From the NCBI GenBank assembly GCA_049968255.1, contig JBMFRB010000009.1, positions 1-64,000 of the forward strand: DNA of 64,000 nt, read 5' to 3'. Source of the DNA: Candidatus Sumerlaeaceae bacterium (lineage in GTDB: Bacteria; Sumerlaeota; Sumerlaeia; Sumerlaeales; Sumerlaeaceae). Shown piece after piece: positions 52,844 to 64,000 of the stretch (position 1 is the first letter of the stretch; each line of letters opens with the position of its first letter). Below the pieces are notes generated by a model. That model was not told where the DNA came from. It ran no database searches and saw nothing but the letters and a program-made list of their open reading frames with translations. The translations under genes were made by a program, and so were the position numbers.

Positions 52844-53887
52844 TCAATCTTTATTCGGGATAAGCACAAATTTTCCGATGTGCTCGGCTTTCTCCATGGT
52901 GGCATGGGCCTCACGCACCTGCTCGAGCGCAAATGCTCCTGCGATCTTTTGAAGAAAAATCCCTTGTGCGGCAAGGTTGAGCACCTCGTGCTGGCCAACT
53001 TCCGTTGCCTGCGCATTCTCCAAGAGTTCGCCCAGGACCCAGCCGCGTAAGGAGGCGCGTTTGCGAATGACAGGCGTCACGTCCACCACGCCTGGGCGTT
53101 CCAAAAGCCCATAGAGCCAGATTGTTCCCCCGCGCGCCAAGCACCGAATTTCATAATCGAGATAAGGGCCTGCGGCCACGGGATCAAAAAAGACGTCTAC
53201 GCCCGCGCCATCAGTGACTCGCGCCACATCGCGGTACCAGGGGCGCAGTTGGCCGTTATCGTCGTGCGTCGCGATCACCCAATCGAATTGAGCTTCGGGC
53301 AAAGTCCGAAGCGCTTGAGCTTTGGCCTCCGTGCGCGTCAGCCCCAGGGTCCTCGCGCCAGCCTGGCGCCCGACCTGCGAGGCAGCAAGCCCCACGCTGC
53401 TCGATGCCGCGGGAATCCCAACCACTTGCCCAGCTTGCAATTGCTGTTTCCAAATGAGGCATCCCCACGCTGTGAGGTGCGATAGCCATAAGGTGCCAGC
53501 CGGAGCACGCGGCAACCCAGGGGGAGCTGGCAGTGCGAGTTCGGCCGGCACCACATAGTGTGTGCGATACGTTCCCTCGACCGGGCGCTGCATTCCGCCT
53601 TGGCGCCGCGGTGCTCGCGCATCAAGGACGACGAATTGTCCGATGCGCGACTGCGGAACATCTTCGCCGACTTGGTCAATCACTCCAGCTCCTTCCAAAC
53701 CTGGCGTAAACGGTGGCTCACCAGAGTAAAGTTTATAGTCCCCCCGGCGCGCCATAAGGTCTGCGTGGTTGATCCCTACACTTGTCAGCCGTACGCGAAC
53801 CTCTCCTCGCCCCGGCACGGGATCCGGACGCTCGCAAACTTGCAGCACTTCAGGACCACCAAACTGCTCGACAATCACAATTTTCAT
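52844..53887 (-). CDS. MDR-family NAD(P)H quinone oxidoreductase
   Basis: FGGPEVL, GINHAD, PGLEGAG, AASSSVGLA, HIGKFVL. Confidence 0.88.
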   Translation of the reverse strand: MKIVIVEQFGGPEVLQVCERPDPVPGRGEVRVRLTSVGINHADLMARRGDYKLYSGEPPFTPGLEGAGVIDQVGEDVPQSRIGQFVVLDARAPRRQGGMQRPVEGTYRTHYVVPAELALPAPPGLPRAPAGTLWLSHLTAWGCLIWKQQLQAGQVVGIPAASSSVGLAASQVGRQAGARTLGLTRTEAKAQALRTLPEAQFDWVIATHDDNGQLRPWYRDVARVTDGAGVDVFFDPVAAGPYLDYEIRCLARGGTIWLYGLLERPGVVDVTPVIRKRASLRGWVLGELLENAQATEVGQHEVLNLAAQGIFLQKIAGAFALEQVREAHATMEKAEHIGKFVLIPNKD

Positions 53888-53988
53888 GGGTCTGAGTCTG
53901 CCCCCGACCTCACACTCAGGTCGAGAGAAAATCCGCACCGACAACTTTCCATTGACCCACCCCCCTCCTGTCTTCAGCCTGCGGGACG

Positions 53989-54921
53989 ATGGAACTGGGG
54001 CTTTCAACACGGCATGACGCACCGCATGGTTTTCGCATCTGCGTGTTGGCCAGCGGCTCTGCAGGCAATTGTACTCTGCTCCTTGATGGAGAGCAGATCG
54101 TGTTTATTGACGTTGGCCTCTCCGCAAAGACAATTGTGGAAGCCAGCCGTCGCCTTGGTGTGGCGTTGGCCCATCCACGTTATCGTTTGGCCGAGGAGAA
54201 AACCGCTTGCGCGCCGCTGCTGAAGCCGGTGGCCGCGCTCCTGACCCACACACACGCCGACCACATCAATAACGGAGGACTTTCCCTTCTGCCGCACAAT
54301 GACGTGACGCTCTTTGCCCATGCCAGTCATCTTGCGGCGCTCAACGGCCATCAACATATTAGCAAGCTAAAAGACATGCGCCGGGTGGAGCAATTCAGAT
54401 GCGCTCCTTTTCAGCTTACCTCGCGAACGTTTGCGCACCCGCTCGTGCTGTCGCACGATTGTTCGCATACGTTTGGTTTTGTGTTTGTCCACAAAGCGGG
54501 GCGCGGACGCGAGCACAAGTTCAGCTACGTGGCTGATTTGGGAGCCTTTGACGACGATCTTGTCGAAGCTCTTGCCGACAGCGAAGTCCTGGCCATCGAA
54601 TTCAATCATGACGAACACATGGAGCGCATGAGCGGGCGCTCGCCGGCCACGATCGAGCGTGTGCTTGGACCTTACGGTCATCTCTCGAATCGCGATGCAG
54701 CAGCGTTGCTCGAAAAGGTTATTCGCCGGAGCCATCCCAAAAGGCGCCCCCGCGACATCATTCTTTTGCACCTTTCCCGCGACTGTAATACGCCGCGCCA
54801 CGCCTTGCGCGAAGCTCATGCCGCGCTTGCCCGTTGCGGATGCAATAGTCGCGTCTTGGTGGCGCGCCAGGATGAGCCGCTGCAACCGATTTCGCTGCTT
54901 GACGGGGGCTGTCGCGTATGA
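53989..54921 (+). CDS. MBL-fold metallohydrolase (YycJ/WalJ-like)
   Basis: LASGSAGN, THTHADH, EFNHD, GHLSN, HLSRDCN. Confidence 0.88.
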   Translation: MELGLSTRHDAPHGFRICVLASGSAGNCTLLLDGEQIVFIDVGLSAKTIVEASRRLGVALAHPRYRLAEEKTACAPLLKPVAALLTHTHADHINNGGLSLLPHNDVTLFAHASHLAALNGHQHISKLKDMRRVEQFRCAPFQLTSRTFAHPLVLSHDCSHTFGFVFVHKAGRGREHKFSYVADLGAFDDDLVEALADSEVLAIEFNHDEHMERMSGRSPATIERVLGPYGHLSNRDAAALLEKVIRRSHPKRRPRDIILLHLSRDCNTPRHALREAHAALARCGCNSRVLVARQDEPLQPISLLDGGCRV

Positions 54922-55838
54922 GCGTGGCGTCGCAAGCTCCACTCGTCAGCGTTATTGTGCCAGTGCTCAATGGCATGCCAACACTTGCCATGCTGCTTGC
55001 TCAGTTGGATCAACAAACCTATCCTCGCGAGAAGTGGGAGATTATCGTGGTGGACAACGGCTCGACCGACGGCAGCCGAGAGCTCGTCGAGCAGTTTGTC
55101 GCTGAGCGGCCGTGGGCTCGGTTGGTGCACGAGCTGCGACGAGGCCCAAGCGCCGCACGCAATGCAGGTGTCCGCGCCAGCCGTGGACAAATTCTTACCT
55201 TCATAGATTCCGATTGTATCCCGGGACCCCAATGGTTGGTGGAACTCGTTGGCGCGTTTAGCGATCGCACTGTTTGGGCTGCGGGCGGACTCCTCAAGTC
55301 GGCCGCCCCGAGTACCCTCACCGAGGCATTTTCGGCGCGCCAGGAAATCCTCAATCAGGAGGATTTTTTCAAAGAGCGCCCTTACAAACCCCCATTTCTC
55401 CTCACCGCAAATTTCGCCGTGCGGCGACCCGTGTTTGAGCGTGTCGGATTCTTCGACGAAACCTTGTGTGTGGGAGAAGACGCGGACTTCTGCTGGCGGA
55501 TCCTTGAAGCTGGTGGCAAGCTCGCACTCGTGCGCCGAGCCATCGTCGCCCACCGCCATCGCTCAACTCTTCGCAGCTTTGCTCGTCAGATGTTCCTTTA
55601 TGGCATTGGCTCGGCGACAACCTTTGCGCGACATCGCGAATTCATTGGCCACAAGGTTTGGCTCGATGTGACTTCCTATCGCTCCTTGCTCAAGGCCATC
55701 GTGAAGGCCTTGCTCTATCCTATCATCAAGCGGGATCCCTACCTTCGGCGCGAAGGCTGGCTCGAGCTAGTCCGCTATGCGTGTTTTCTTGCCGGACGTT
55801 TTGTGGGGTCGTGCCGCAACAGGGTGGTGTGCCTATGA
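54918..55838 (+). CDS. Glycosyltransferase family 2
   Basis: VSVIVPV, VDNGSTD, ARNAG, FIDSDC, GEDADFCWR. Confidence 0.92.
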   Translation: MSVASQAPLVSVIVPVLNGMPTLAMLLAQLDQQTYPREKWEIIVVDNGSTDGSRELVEQFVAERPWARLVHELRRGPSAARNAGVRASRGQILTFIDSDCIPGPQWLVELVGAFSDRTVWAAGGLLKSAAPSTLTEAFSARQEILNQEDFFKERPYKPPFLLTANFAVRRPVFERVGFFDETLCVGEDADFCWRILEAGGKLALVRRAIVAHRHRSTLRSFARQMFLYGIGSATTFARHREFIGHKVWLDVTSYRSLLKAIVKALLYPIIKRDPYLRREGWLELVRYACFLAGRFVGSCRNRVVCL

Positions 55839-57235
55839 AAACTCGGCGCGTGGTGGCTCATACAGTGTTGCGGACGACCGCGCCTGCGCCAAAGTGGCGA
55901 CGATGGCTGTGGCTACCGCTTCAGCTCATCGTTTTCCTCACGCTTTTGCTTTTGATTCCAGTGGCGACGGGGCTACGGCGCCTCGTGCTTTGGATCGCTC
56001 GCTATCGGCCGCAGCGGGAACTCCAGAGCGACGATTTCGACGTGATCGCCGTTAGCCACGTCCCATGGTCGCACATCTGGCAGCGTAATCACCACACCAT
56101 GACCCGTCTGGCACGCGCGCGGAAAATTGTCTACGTCGAAGATTTCGCGACGAGCTATCTCCATATTTTTGCGCGCTGGGTTCCCGGAAGTTTTTATGCC
56201 TTTTTCATGCGGCATCCGGCGGTCGTCATCCGTCATCCGCTGCTATTCCCCGGCGAATCGCGCAGTCATTGGGTGCGTCGCCTTAACCGCTGGCTTCTCG
56301 ACACGCATATTCGCTGGTACGAATGGCGCTTCGGCCTGCGCAATGTGGTGCTTTGGTTCTATTATCCTGCCGGCGTCTATGTGCTCGAAAGCTACTCGCC
56401 GGTGGCCGTCGTTTACGACATTCAGGACGAGTACAGCGCTTTTGCGTGGGCGCCTCGCGATATTTCTCAGCGCGAGCAAGAGTTGCTTCGTCGCGCCGAT
56501 GTGATCTTTGCTGGTACCCATGCCCTTTATCAAACCAAATGCTGTCACGCATCTTGCCCCTCGTATTTCTATCCTTGCGGGGTAGAGTTCGACCATTTTC
56601 ATGCCGCTGCACCAAATGCCGAATTGCCGCTCGCCGAGCCGCGTGAGCTTGAGGGTGTCACACATCCGCGGCTTATCTACATGGGGCTGATCGATGCCCG
56701 CGTTGACGGCCGCCTCATCGCCGAAGTCGCCAAAGAGCACCCCGCCTGGCAGATTCTCATGCTGGGGCCCGTGGATATTGGCCAATTCAAGGATTTCGAC
56801 GCACTGCTTGCCCTGCCCAATGTGCACTTCTTCGGCTCGATTGCTTACCGCCGCCTTCCCGCTTTCCTTGCCCACAGTGAGGTCTGCATCATGCCATGGA
56901 AAGTCAATGAGCTTACGCGTCACATTAATCCCACAAAAACGTTGGAATACCTTAGCACAGCGCATCCCGTTGTCAGCATCCGCCTTCCTGATCTTGAGAA
57001 TTTTTTCGGCGAGTGCGTGGGGCTGGCTGATAACGCCGCGGAGTTCATCGCCGAATGCGAGGCAGCGCTGGCGGGCCACTATTCGCAACGCATCGCCAAG
57101 GGGTTAGAAATGGCGCGTTCCTTCTCGTGGGAGAAAGTCGTCGGAGAAATGGAGGAACATGTGCGTGAGGCTATCCGACGGCGGCGGTCCCGCACTCAAC
57201 AATCCCGTGCGCAAATGCTCTCAACAGGAGGCTAG
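55835..57235 (+). CDS. GT-B glycosyltransferase (GT4/TuaH-like) with N-terminal TM helix
   Basis: WQRNHH, VVYDIQDE, CGVEFDHF, NPTKTLEYL; ATG overlaps the upstream TGA. Confidence 0.85.
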   Translation: MKTRRVVAHTVLRTTAPAPKWRRWLWLPLQLIVFLTLLLLIPVATGLRRLVLWIARYRPQRELQSDDFDVIAVSHVPWSHIWQRNHHTMTRLARARKIVYVEDFATSYLHIFARWVPGSFYAFFMRHPAVVIRHPLLFPGESRSHWVRRLNRWLLDTHIRWYEWRFGLRNVVLWFYYPAGVYVLESYSPVAVVYDIQDEYSAFAWAPRDISQREQELLRRADVIFAGTHALYQTKCCHASCPSYFYPCGVEFDHFHAAAPNAELPLAEPRELEGVTHPRLIYMGLIDARVDGRLIAEVAKEHPAWQILMLGPVDIGQFKDFDALLALPNVHFFGSIAYRRLPAFLAHSEVCIMPWKVNELTRHINPTKTLEYLSTAHPVVSIRLPDLENFFGECVGLADNAAEFIAECEAALAGHYSQRIAKGLEMARSFSWEKVVGEMEEHVREAIRRRRSRTQQSRAQMLSTGG

Positions 57236-57237
57236 CC

Positions 57238-58047
57238 ATGAAAGGTTTCGATTGGTCGCGCAAAGTCATGATTGGCATGGTGCACTTACGGGCGTTGCCA
57301 GGCACGCCGCGCGCGTCACTCACCATGCGTGAGATATGTGCGACAGCTGTGCGCGAGGCTGCACTTCTCCGCGAGGCGGGATTCGATGCCGTGCTCATCG
57401 AAAATATGCACGATGTTCCTTACGTGCGCCGCAATGTTGGTCCCGAGATCACAGCGGCAGTAACAGCAGCCCTCTGCGCGGTGCGCCAGGCAGTGGATTG
57501 TCCCATAGGAGTTCAGATTCTTGCCGGCGCGAATCAGCAAGCACTTGCGGCTGCATTCGCGGCTGATGCTCAGTTCGTGCGCTGCGAGGGATTTGTCTTC
57601 GGCCACATTGCTGACGAGGGCTGGATCGAGTCCGATGCGGGCGAGCTCCTGCGCATGCGCAAAGCAATCGGTGCCCACCACGTTGCCGTTTTCGCGGATG
57701 TGAAGAAAAAGCATTCAAGCCACGCCGTCACAAGCGACGTCTCGCTGGGGGAAACAGCTCAGGCTGCCGAATTCTTCGGCGCAGATGGAATCATTGTCAC
57801 AGGGCGCGCGACCGCAGAGCCGACCGCTGGCTCCGACCTGCAGCAAGTGCGGCAAGCGACGCAACTGCCCGTTCTCGTCGGCTCCGGAACTACTCTTGAA
57901 ACTCTTGCTGAGCATTGGTCCAACGCCGACGGATTTATCGTGGGATCGTGGCTCAAGTCTCACGGTCGCTGGGATGAAGAGATAGACCCCGAACGGGTCG
58001 CCCTGCTTATGGCCGCGGCCCGCCGCCTGCGTGAGGCGACGCCTTAG
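57238..58047 (+). CDS. BtpA/SgcQ family TIM-barrel protein
   Basis: IGMVHL..LPGTP, IENMHDVPY, ADVKKKHS, VGSG. Confidence 0.92.
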   Translation: MKGFDWSRKVMIGMVHLRALPGTPRASLTMREICATAVREAALLREAGFDAVLIENMHDVPYVRRNVGPEITAAVTAALCAVRQAVDCPIGVQILAGANQQALAAAFAADAQFVRCEGFVFGHIADEGWIESDAGELLRMRKAIGAHHVAVFADVKKKHSSHAVTSDVSLGETAQAAEFFGADGIIVTGRATAEPTAGSDLQQVRQATQLPVLVGSGTTLETLAEHWSNADGFIVGSWLKSHGRWDEEIDPERVALLMAAARRLREATP

Positions 58048-58421
58048 TCCTCGACCACCACATCGATGGGATGGATGCCACGACCTCCGGTAACAATACA
58101 GGGTTCGCCGCATTGGGCGCATTCCACGACGGGCTCCGCTTGATGGCCATCAGCATCGCCGACCCCGACCGTGCCGGTGTAGCCACATTTGCGACATTTG
58201 TATTGAGCAGGGACTATTTCGAGCTGGAGCTGTGCCCCTTCGAGCAAAGTATTTTTCGTCAAAACTTCGAACGCCTGTTTGAAACTTGCCTCTGAGTGGA
58301 TGTCGAGCGCGCCAATGCGCAGAACGATTTCTTTCACAGCGCCAACCGTCGAAACACCTTCGCGTTCGAGGCTCTTTTGCAAGCTTGCTACCACGTCTTC
58401 CATCAAACTGTATTCATGCAT
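58044..58421 (-). CDS. hypA: Nickel metallochaperone HypA/HybF
   Basis: MHEYSL N-terminus and two CxxC motifs (CRKC, CAQC); GAGGAGG RBS. Confidence 0.88.
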   Translation of the reverse strand: MHEYSLMEDVVASLQKSLEREGVSTVGAVKEIVLRIGALDIHSEASFKQAFEVLTKNTLLEGAQLQLEIVPAQYKCRKCGYTGTVGVGDADGHQAEPVVECAQCGEPCIVTGGRGIHPIDVVVED

Positions 58422-58478
58422 CGTTTGCCTCCTCAGCCAAAATGTAGGGAGCGCGCTTCCACCACGCACCGACCCTTC

Positions 58479-59771
58479 CTAGGGCCGCCCGATGCTAAAG
58501 TACTCGAAGCCGTACTTGCGCACCCGCTCTGGCTGGTAAATGTTACGCCCGTCGAAAATAATCGGCTGGCGCACCTTCTGGCGCAGCTTTTCCAGGTTCA
58601 GCAGCTTGAACTCGTTCCAGTCGGTTACGATGACAACAGCATCTGCTCCCTCGGCAGCTTCGTAAGCGCTTTTGCAAAAAACCACATCGCGAAGAACCTT
58701 CTCCGCGTTCTCTATAGCTACCGGATCGTACGCTCGGATTTTTGCTTTCTTTTCCTGGAGCAGTTGGATAATTTCGAGACTTTTGGCTTCGCGCAGATCG
58801 TCGGTATTGGGTTTAAAGGCCAGGCCGAGGATGGCGAATGTCTTGCCTGCAAAATCGCCCAACCGCTCTTCCATGCGCCGCACGAATCGCGGCACACGGT
58901 CTTCGTTGATTGCTAGCACAGCGTCCAACAGCGAACTGTCCTCGCCAAGCTGACGCGTGACGTGGCGTAGGCTGAGTGTATCTTTCGGAAAGCACGAACC
59001 GCCAAATCCGAGTCCGGCCTGCAGGAACTCTGCTCCGATTCGTTTGTCATAGCCCATGCCCTTGGCCACCAGCATGACGTCGGCCCCTGCCTTTTCGCAA
59101 ATGTTGGCGATTGCGTTGATGAAAGAGATTTTCGTCGCCAGGAAAGCGTTCGACGCATATTTGATCATCTCGGCGCTTTCCACGTCTGTAATGAGCATCG
59201 GCACTTCCAGCGGGGCATAAAGCTCGAGCAACGCCATGGCCACGTGTTGGCTGGGGGCGCCGATGACGATGCGGTCCGGATGCATCGAATCATAAACCGC
59301 TGAACCCTCCTTCAAAAATTCCGGGTTCGACACGACGTCAAAATCCACGAGGCGGCGCCGATGCTGCTCGATTATGCGTCGCACAAAGTCGCCGGTTCCC
59401 ACAGGCACAGTGCTCTTGTTCACGATAATTTTGTAGCTGTCCATGTGGTAGGCAATTTCTTTCGCCGCTGCTTCCACCTGGCTCAGGTCGGTCTCGCCGT
59501 TGTCTTTTGGCGGGGTGCCAACCGCGATGAAAATCACGAGGGAACGCTTGACGCCTTCCGCAATGTCGGTGGTGAACGCAATGCGGCCCTCGTCGAGATT
59601 GCGCCGCACAATTTCTTCCAACCCCGGCTCGTAGATCGGCATGTCGGCGCGCTTCAAGCGCTCGATCTTCGATTCATCCTTGTCCACGCAAATCACATCG
59701 TTGCCAAGATCAGCAAAGGTGGCGCCTGTCACAAGGCCCACGTAGCCGGTTCCAATGACGCAAACGTTCAC
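58479..59771 (-). CDS. ugd: UDP-glucose 6-dehydrogenase
   Basis: GTGYVG, KSTVPVGT, SNPEFL, GFGGSCFPKD, FKPNTDD, FDGRN. Confidence 0.95.
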   Translation of the reverse strand: MNVCVIGTGYVGLVTGATFADLGNDVICVDKDESKIERLKRADMPIYEPGLEEIVRRNLDEGRIAFTTDIAEGVKRSLVIFIAVGTPPKDNGETDLSQVEAAAKEIAYHMDSYKIIVNKSTVPVGTGDFVRRIIEQHRRRLVDFDVVSNPEFLKEGSAVYDSMHPDRIVIGAPSQHVAMALLELYAPLEVPMLITDVESAEMIKYASNAFLATKISFINAIANICEKAGADVMLVAKGMGYDKRIGAEFLQAGLGFGGSCFPKDTLSLRHVTRQLGEDSSLLDAVLAINEDRVPRFVRRMEERLGDFAGKTFAILGLAFKPNTDDLREAKSLEIIQLLQEKKAKIRAYDPVAIENAEKVLRDVVFCKSAYEAAEGADAVVIVTDWNEFKLLNLEKLRQKVRQPIIFDGRNIYQPERVRKYGFEYFSIGRP

Positions 59772-59897
59772 TCTCGCCTTTCCTTTCTCGTTGTCAAAGC
59801 TCGCCTACTTGTCGCAAATGCACCGGTCAGAAAATTTCCGCTGAAATTCTGTCCGGCAAAAAACACCTCTCATCGCAAAAGCAAGTTGCAGGAGCGT

Positions 59898-62201
59898 TCA
59901 AGGATTATATTCGCGGCTTACTCCATGGAACGTTTTGCCTTCTGGAAATTCTCTCTCCCATGCCCGCCGGAGACGTCGGCCCAGCCGCAAACTGTTACTA
60001 ACCACACTTACGCTGCTGAGTGCCATCGCGGCGCTAGCAATCATCGGGTTCAAAAGAATTCCAAACCTCGGATAGAAAGCACCAGCAGCCAGCGGAATGC
60101 AGGCCGCATTGTAGGCAAAGGCAAAAAAGAGATTTTGCCGAATTATCGCCATGGTGTCACGAGAGACATCCAGAGCGTGCGCGAGTGACCACAGATGCTT
60201 CCCAAGAAGAGTGACGTCGCCTGTCTCGACGGCAACGTCGGCCCCACTTCCCATCGCAAATCCTACGTCAGCCTGAGCAAGCGCCGGCGCATCATTGATG
60301 CCGTCGCCAACAAACCCCACTCGTTTGCCTTCCATCTGCAAAGCCGCTACATGTTGTGCTTTGCCAAAAGGGTCCACTTCGGCGGTCCACTGTTCGATTC
60401 CTACTTTCTCTGCCACGGCACGTGCCACTTCACGACGATCGCCCGTGACAATCCAAACGGCATACCCACGCGAGCGAAGAACTCGCACCAGATCTGCACT
60501 TTCCGGCTTCAATGGATCCGCAAGCGCCAGCACGCCCGCGCATTCATTTCCGCTGGCGACAGCAAGAGGGGTCGCACCCTCCGAAGCGAGTTCGCTCATC
60601 ACCGGCGCTGCCCGTTGAACGTCAAGACCAAGCTGCTCGAGTAGGGCTAATGAGCCCACACAGACGTGGCGCGCCGTGCCTTCCGCCAGGATCCCTTTGC
60701 CTGGGATTGCCTCAAAACGTTCGGGCGCTGGCTTCGGAATTTCTCCGGCCACTGCAGCCACGACGGCCCGTGCGAGCGGGTGCTCGGAGTGCTGTTCGGC
60801 CCAAGCCGCGAGCCGGAGAATCTCTTGCTCTGGCCAACGCTCGGCATCAAAGGAGATGACCTTCACTAGCGTGGGCCGGCCCTCCGTAAGTGTGCCCGTC
60901 TTGTCCAATACAATGGCGTCGAGCTGACTAGATCGCTCCAGCGCCTCAGCTCTCCGGAAAAGAATGCCCCGCTGTGCGGCCTGACCGCATGCCACAATGA
61001 CCGCTGTTGGCGTGGCAAGCCCAAGCGCACAAGGGCACGCGATCACCAGCACCGACACAAACGCTTGAATTGCGTGGCCTAATTGCTCCTTGCCGCCGAA
61101 TAGGAGCCAGCATGCGGCCGAGACCATGGCGATGGCCAGGACGGTCGGAACGAAGATCGCGCTCACGCGATCAGCAAGTCGGGCGATCGGCGGCTTTGTT
61201 CCCTGAGCCTCGCGCACGAGTTTTACAATTCGCTGGAACACTGTTTCGGCACCAACATGCGTTGCGCGAATCGTCAAAGCTCCTGTCGTGTTGAGTGTCC
61301 CACTCACAACCTGCTCGCCCGCGCGTTTTTCCACAGGAACAGGTTCACCCGTCAACAGCGATTCATCCACCCAGCTCGTGCCTTCCACCACAACGCCATC
61401 CACGGGCACCAGTTCGCCCGGCCGCAGAAGCAGGACGTCGCCAACTCGCACGGTCTCAAGAGCCACCGTTTCAGCTCCTTGCGTTGTGAGGCGAGTCACT
61501 GTTCGTGGAGCCCGCGCAAGCAAAGTGCGAACGGCGTCGCCGGTGTGTACCCTCGCTCGTTCCTCCAAAAGACGCCCAAACGCCACGAACACACAAATCA
61601 CCGCTGCCGCCTCGAAGTAAGTGTGTGGCGCGATCCCAAGCCGCTCCCAGAAAACTGGCGCCAACACAACACTGGCGCTAAAAGCATAGGCAGTGCAAAC
61701 GCCTAAGGCTACCAGCACATTCATGTCGGCTGTGCCGCTGCGCATCGCTTTCCACGCACCCACGAGAAAATGGCGCCCCACCAAAAGCAAAACTATGGTG
61801 GTGGCTAATAAATTAACACTTTCTCGATAGGGCCAGGCAACATGGGTCATGCTCAGGAACGAAACAACAAGGGCGAGGAACGCTCCGATGCCCAATTCGA
61901 ACATACGCCACTGCAGGGCACGGCGCTGACTGTGTGATTCCGAGTCCGTTACTTCCCACGTTGCCGCGGCAGGCTTGGCTTCGTAGCCGATCTCGCGCAG
62001 GCGGGCAAAAATCTTCTCCGGCGAAACGACCTGGGGATCGTAGGAGATTCGGCCTTCGCGCGTAGCAAGATTGACGTTGACCTCGTGTACCCCTGTCATG
62101 GCGCCGACTATTTTCTCGATACGGGCCACGCACGAAGCGCAGTGCATTCCTTCGATTTCGCATAAGAGCGTGGCGGGTGTTTGTCCGGTGCCCGAGCTCA
62201 T
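59898..62201 (-). CDS. copA: Copper-translocating P1B-type ATPase
   Basis: GMHCASC metal-binding domain, [26 protein letters not shown] and MALSS. Confidence 0.95.
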   Translation of the reverse strand: MSSGTGQTPATLLCEIEGMHCASCVARIEKIVGAMTGVHEVNVNLATREGRISYDPQVVSPEKIFARLREIGYEAKPAAATWEVTDSESHSQRRALQWRMFELGIGAFLALVVSFLSMTHVAWPYRESVNLLATTIVLLLVGRHFLVGAWKAMRSGTADMNVLVALGVCTAYAFSASVVLAPVFWERLGIAPHTYFEAAAVICVFVAFGRLLEERARVHTGDAVRTLLARAPRTVTRLTTQGAETVALETVRVGDVLLLRPGELVPVDGVVVEGTSWVDESLLTGEPVPVEKRAGEQVVSGTLNTTGALTIRATHVGAETVFQRIVKLVREAQGTKPPIARLADRVSAIFVPTVLAIAMVSAACWLLFGGKEQLGHAIQAFVSVLVIACPCALGLATPTAVIVACGQAAQRGILFRRAEALERSSQLDAIVLDKTGTLTEGRPTLVKVISFDAERWPEQEILRLAAWAEQHSEHPLARAVVAAVAGEIPKPAPERFEAIPGKGILAEGTARHVCVGSLALLEQLGLDVQRAAPVMSELASEGATPLAVASGNECAGVLALADPLKPESADLVRVLRSRGYAVWIVTGDRREVARAVAEKVGIEQWTAEVDPFGKAQHVAALQMEGKRVGFVGDGINDAPALAQADVGFAMGSGADVAVETGDVTLLGKHLWSLAHALDVSRDTMAIIRQNLFFAFAYNAACIPLAAGAFYPRFGILLNPMIASAAMALSSVSVVSNSLRLGRRLRRAWEREFPEGKTFHGVSREYNP

Positions 62202-63961
62202 TATGCCTCCAGTTCGATAGCTTCGCTGAGCAATTGGTGCCCATAAAGCGACGCGTAAAGCCCGCCGAGGGCGACGAGCTCCTCGTGCGTGCCATATTCA
62301 ATGAGACGCCCTTCGTCCAGGACCGCAATGCGATCGCAGTGCATGACTGCCGAAATGCGGTGAGCGATCACGATGCTTGTCCGCTGGCGCATGATTTCAC
62401 GTAGCGAAGCAATGATTTTAGCCTCCGTCTCGGTGTCCACGGCCGAGAGAGCATCGTCGAGCACAAGAATTCTTGGGTCACGGATGAGCGCACGCGCCAA
62501 GGCCACGCGCTGGCGCTGACCTCCACTCAGATTGATTCCGCGTTCGCCGAGCAGGGTGTCGTAGCCGTTGGGAAAGTTCTCGATTTCCTCTGCAATATGC
62601 GCAAGGCGAGCGGCTCGTGCGATTTCTTCGCGCGTCGCTCCCGGTTTCCCCAGCGCAATGTTATTGGCTATCGTATCGCTGAACAAAAGTGGTTCCTGCA
62701 GCACGAGACTGAGCATATCTCGAAGTTCTCGTGCCGGAATATCGACAATATCCGCACCGCCAATGAACACACGCTCACGCCGCACTGCGTAGAGCTTTGC
62801 AAGTATGACGGCAAGCGTGGTCTTGCCACAACCAGTTGGCCCAACTACGCCAAGCGAGGCACCATCCGGTATTTCAATGGAGATTTCGCGCAACGCTGGA
62901 TGGCGATCGGGGCCGTAAGAAAAAGTAAGGTGTCGAATTGATATGCTCGCGTCGCGCAGCTCGATTTGCCTGCGTGCGCCATCGCACAAAGCAGGATCGT
63001 CGGGCTCGCGTAGCACCTCTTGAATACGTTCCATGGAGGCAGCACCGCGCTGCAGCAGGCTCACGGTCCAGCCGAAAGCCATCATGGGCCAGAATAACAT
63101 CATCTGAATGAGCGACATTTCGACGAGCTGCCCAACAGTGATCCGTCCCCGCACGACAAACATGGCACCGCTCGCGAGGAGCGCCACCACCGACAAGCCA
63201 GCCACCATGTGCAAAACCGGAAAAAAGATGGATTGCAGACGCGCCAGCTGCATATTTCTCGCCACGTTCTCTTCGTTGAGTTTGCTGAAGCGCTCTATCT
63301 CCAATGGCTGCTGGCAAAATGCTTTCACCACGCGTATGCCGGCCAAGTTCTCCTGCACCATTGCGCTGAGTGTGGCAAAGTGATCTTGCACGGCGCGGAA
63401 GCGCTTGTGGATGTGGGCGCCAAAAAAGTTCACCAGCCAGGGAAGCAACACCAGGGGAGTGAGTGTGGCTGCGGTAAGCCACGGATCAATCGTGACCATC
63501 TGGACGATAGCAATGGGAAAAAGCAATGCCGAATTCGAAAACTGTAAGACGCCGGGACCCAAAACCATGCGCACAGCCTCCACGTCGTTAGTGGCTTTGC
63601 TGATAAGGTCCCCAGTGCGCTGTCGATCATAGAAAGCGGGCGGAAGCGACAAAAGTTTGCGAAAAATATCATTGCGAAAAGCAAACTCGATGTCGCGTGA
63701 GGCCCCCACAATCCATAGGCGCATGAAAAGCCGTGCCACAGCCACGATCATTGTGAGTCCGATGACGAGTACTGCATAGCGAACAAAGGTTCCTGCACTA
63801 GCGTTTCCCGATTTCATGGCGTCCGTGGCCACCCCCACCACTTGCGCCACGCGCACCTGGAAGTAGTTGGCAACGGCAAGCAGGGCCACTCCGCCCATGA
63901 TGCGCCAGCGGTGGGCGCGAACGTAAGGCAGCAACCCGCCGATAAGTGAGCGATATCCCAT
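62201..63961 (-). CDS. ABC exporter, fused permease/ATPase (MdlA/YheI-like)
   Basis: Six TM segments, [28 protein letters not shown]. Confidence 0.93.
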   Translation of the reverse strand: MGYRSLIGGLLPYVRAHRWRIMGGVALLAVANYFQVRVAQVVGVATDAMKSGNASAGTFVRYAVLVIGLTMIVAVARLFMRLWIVGASRDIEFAFRNDIFRKLLSLPPAFYDRQRTGDLISKATNDVEAVRMVLGPGVLQFSNSALLFPIAIVQMVTIDPWLTAATLTPLVLLPWLVNFFGAHIHKRFRAVQDHFATLSAMVQENLAGIRVVKAFCQQPLEIERFSKLNEENVARNMQLARLQSIFFPVLHMVAGLSVVALLASGAMFVVRGRITVGQLVEMSLIQMMLFWPMMAFGWTVSLLQRGAASMERIQEVLREPDDPALCDGARRQIELRDASISIRHLTFSYGPDRHPALREISIEIPDGASLGVVGPTGCGKTTLAVILAKLYAVRRERVFIGGADIVDIPARELRDMLSLVLQEPLLFSDTIANNIALGKPGATREEIARAARLAHIAEEIENFPNGYDTLLGERGINLSGGQRQRVALARALIRDPRILVLDDALSAVDTETEAKIIASLREIMRQRTSIVIAHRISAVMHCDRIAVLDEGRLIEYGTHEELVALGGLYASLYGHQLLSEAIELEA

Positions 63962-64000
63962 GATTGCTGTGATGTGTTATCGAAAAACCGCTGTGGGGGA

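Noticed and set aside
1-64000. Defence systems, prophage, IS elements, CRISPR arrays, rRNA
   Set aside because: No nuclease/ATPase defence signatures, phage genes, transposases, repeat-spacer arrays or rRNA sequence were recognised.

Overview
A 64-kb, gene-dense, moderately GC-rich bacterial chromosome segment made mostly of housekeeping and metabolic genes. I found no transposase, integrase, prophage or CRISPR array. Housekeeping content: tRNA-Glu, rnr, ptsH-glmU, and prfB with its programmed +1 frameshift. Stress and metal content: a tandem pair of cold-shock genes, mbfA, an Rrf2-ric-cupin operon, arsRC-acr3, copA, a peroxiredoxin and hypA. Metabolic and envelope content: a dehydrogenase-lyase-LeuCD/Hac operon, an XdhD-like molybdoenzyme operon, two GH57-fold proteins, two secreted serine proteases, glycosyltransferases and ugd. 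Most unusual observations: (1) a shared 10-residue C-terminal tag (P-A-x-V-x-x-W/F-x-L-Y-stop) on unrelated extracellular proteins, a candidate lineage-specific export signal, with a GspM/PilO-like gene next to one carrier; (2) a histone-H1-like gene with two identical ribosome-binding sites giving long and short in-frame products; (3) a duplicated csp transcription unit whose copies reveal covarying 5'-UTR hairpins and a non-sigma70 promoter motif; (4) a radical SAM protein carrying a degenerate internal copy of itself; (5) a GH57 paralog lacking the acid/base Asp; (6) two orphan structured-RNA candidates; (7) a bias toward 15-16 bp promoter spacers. From memory, and unverified, the tag resembles C-termini in Sumerlaeota (BRC1), so the taxonomy is only a guess. 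All product calls come from reading motifs by eye; no searches were run.
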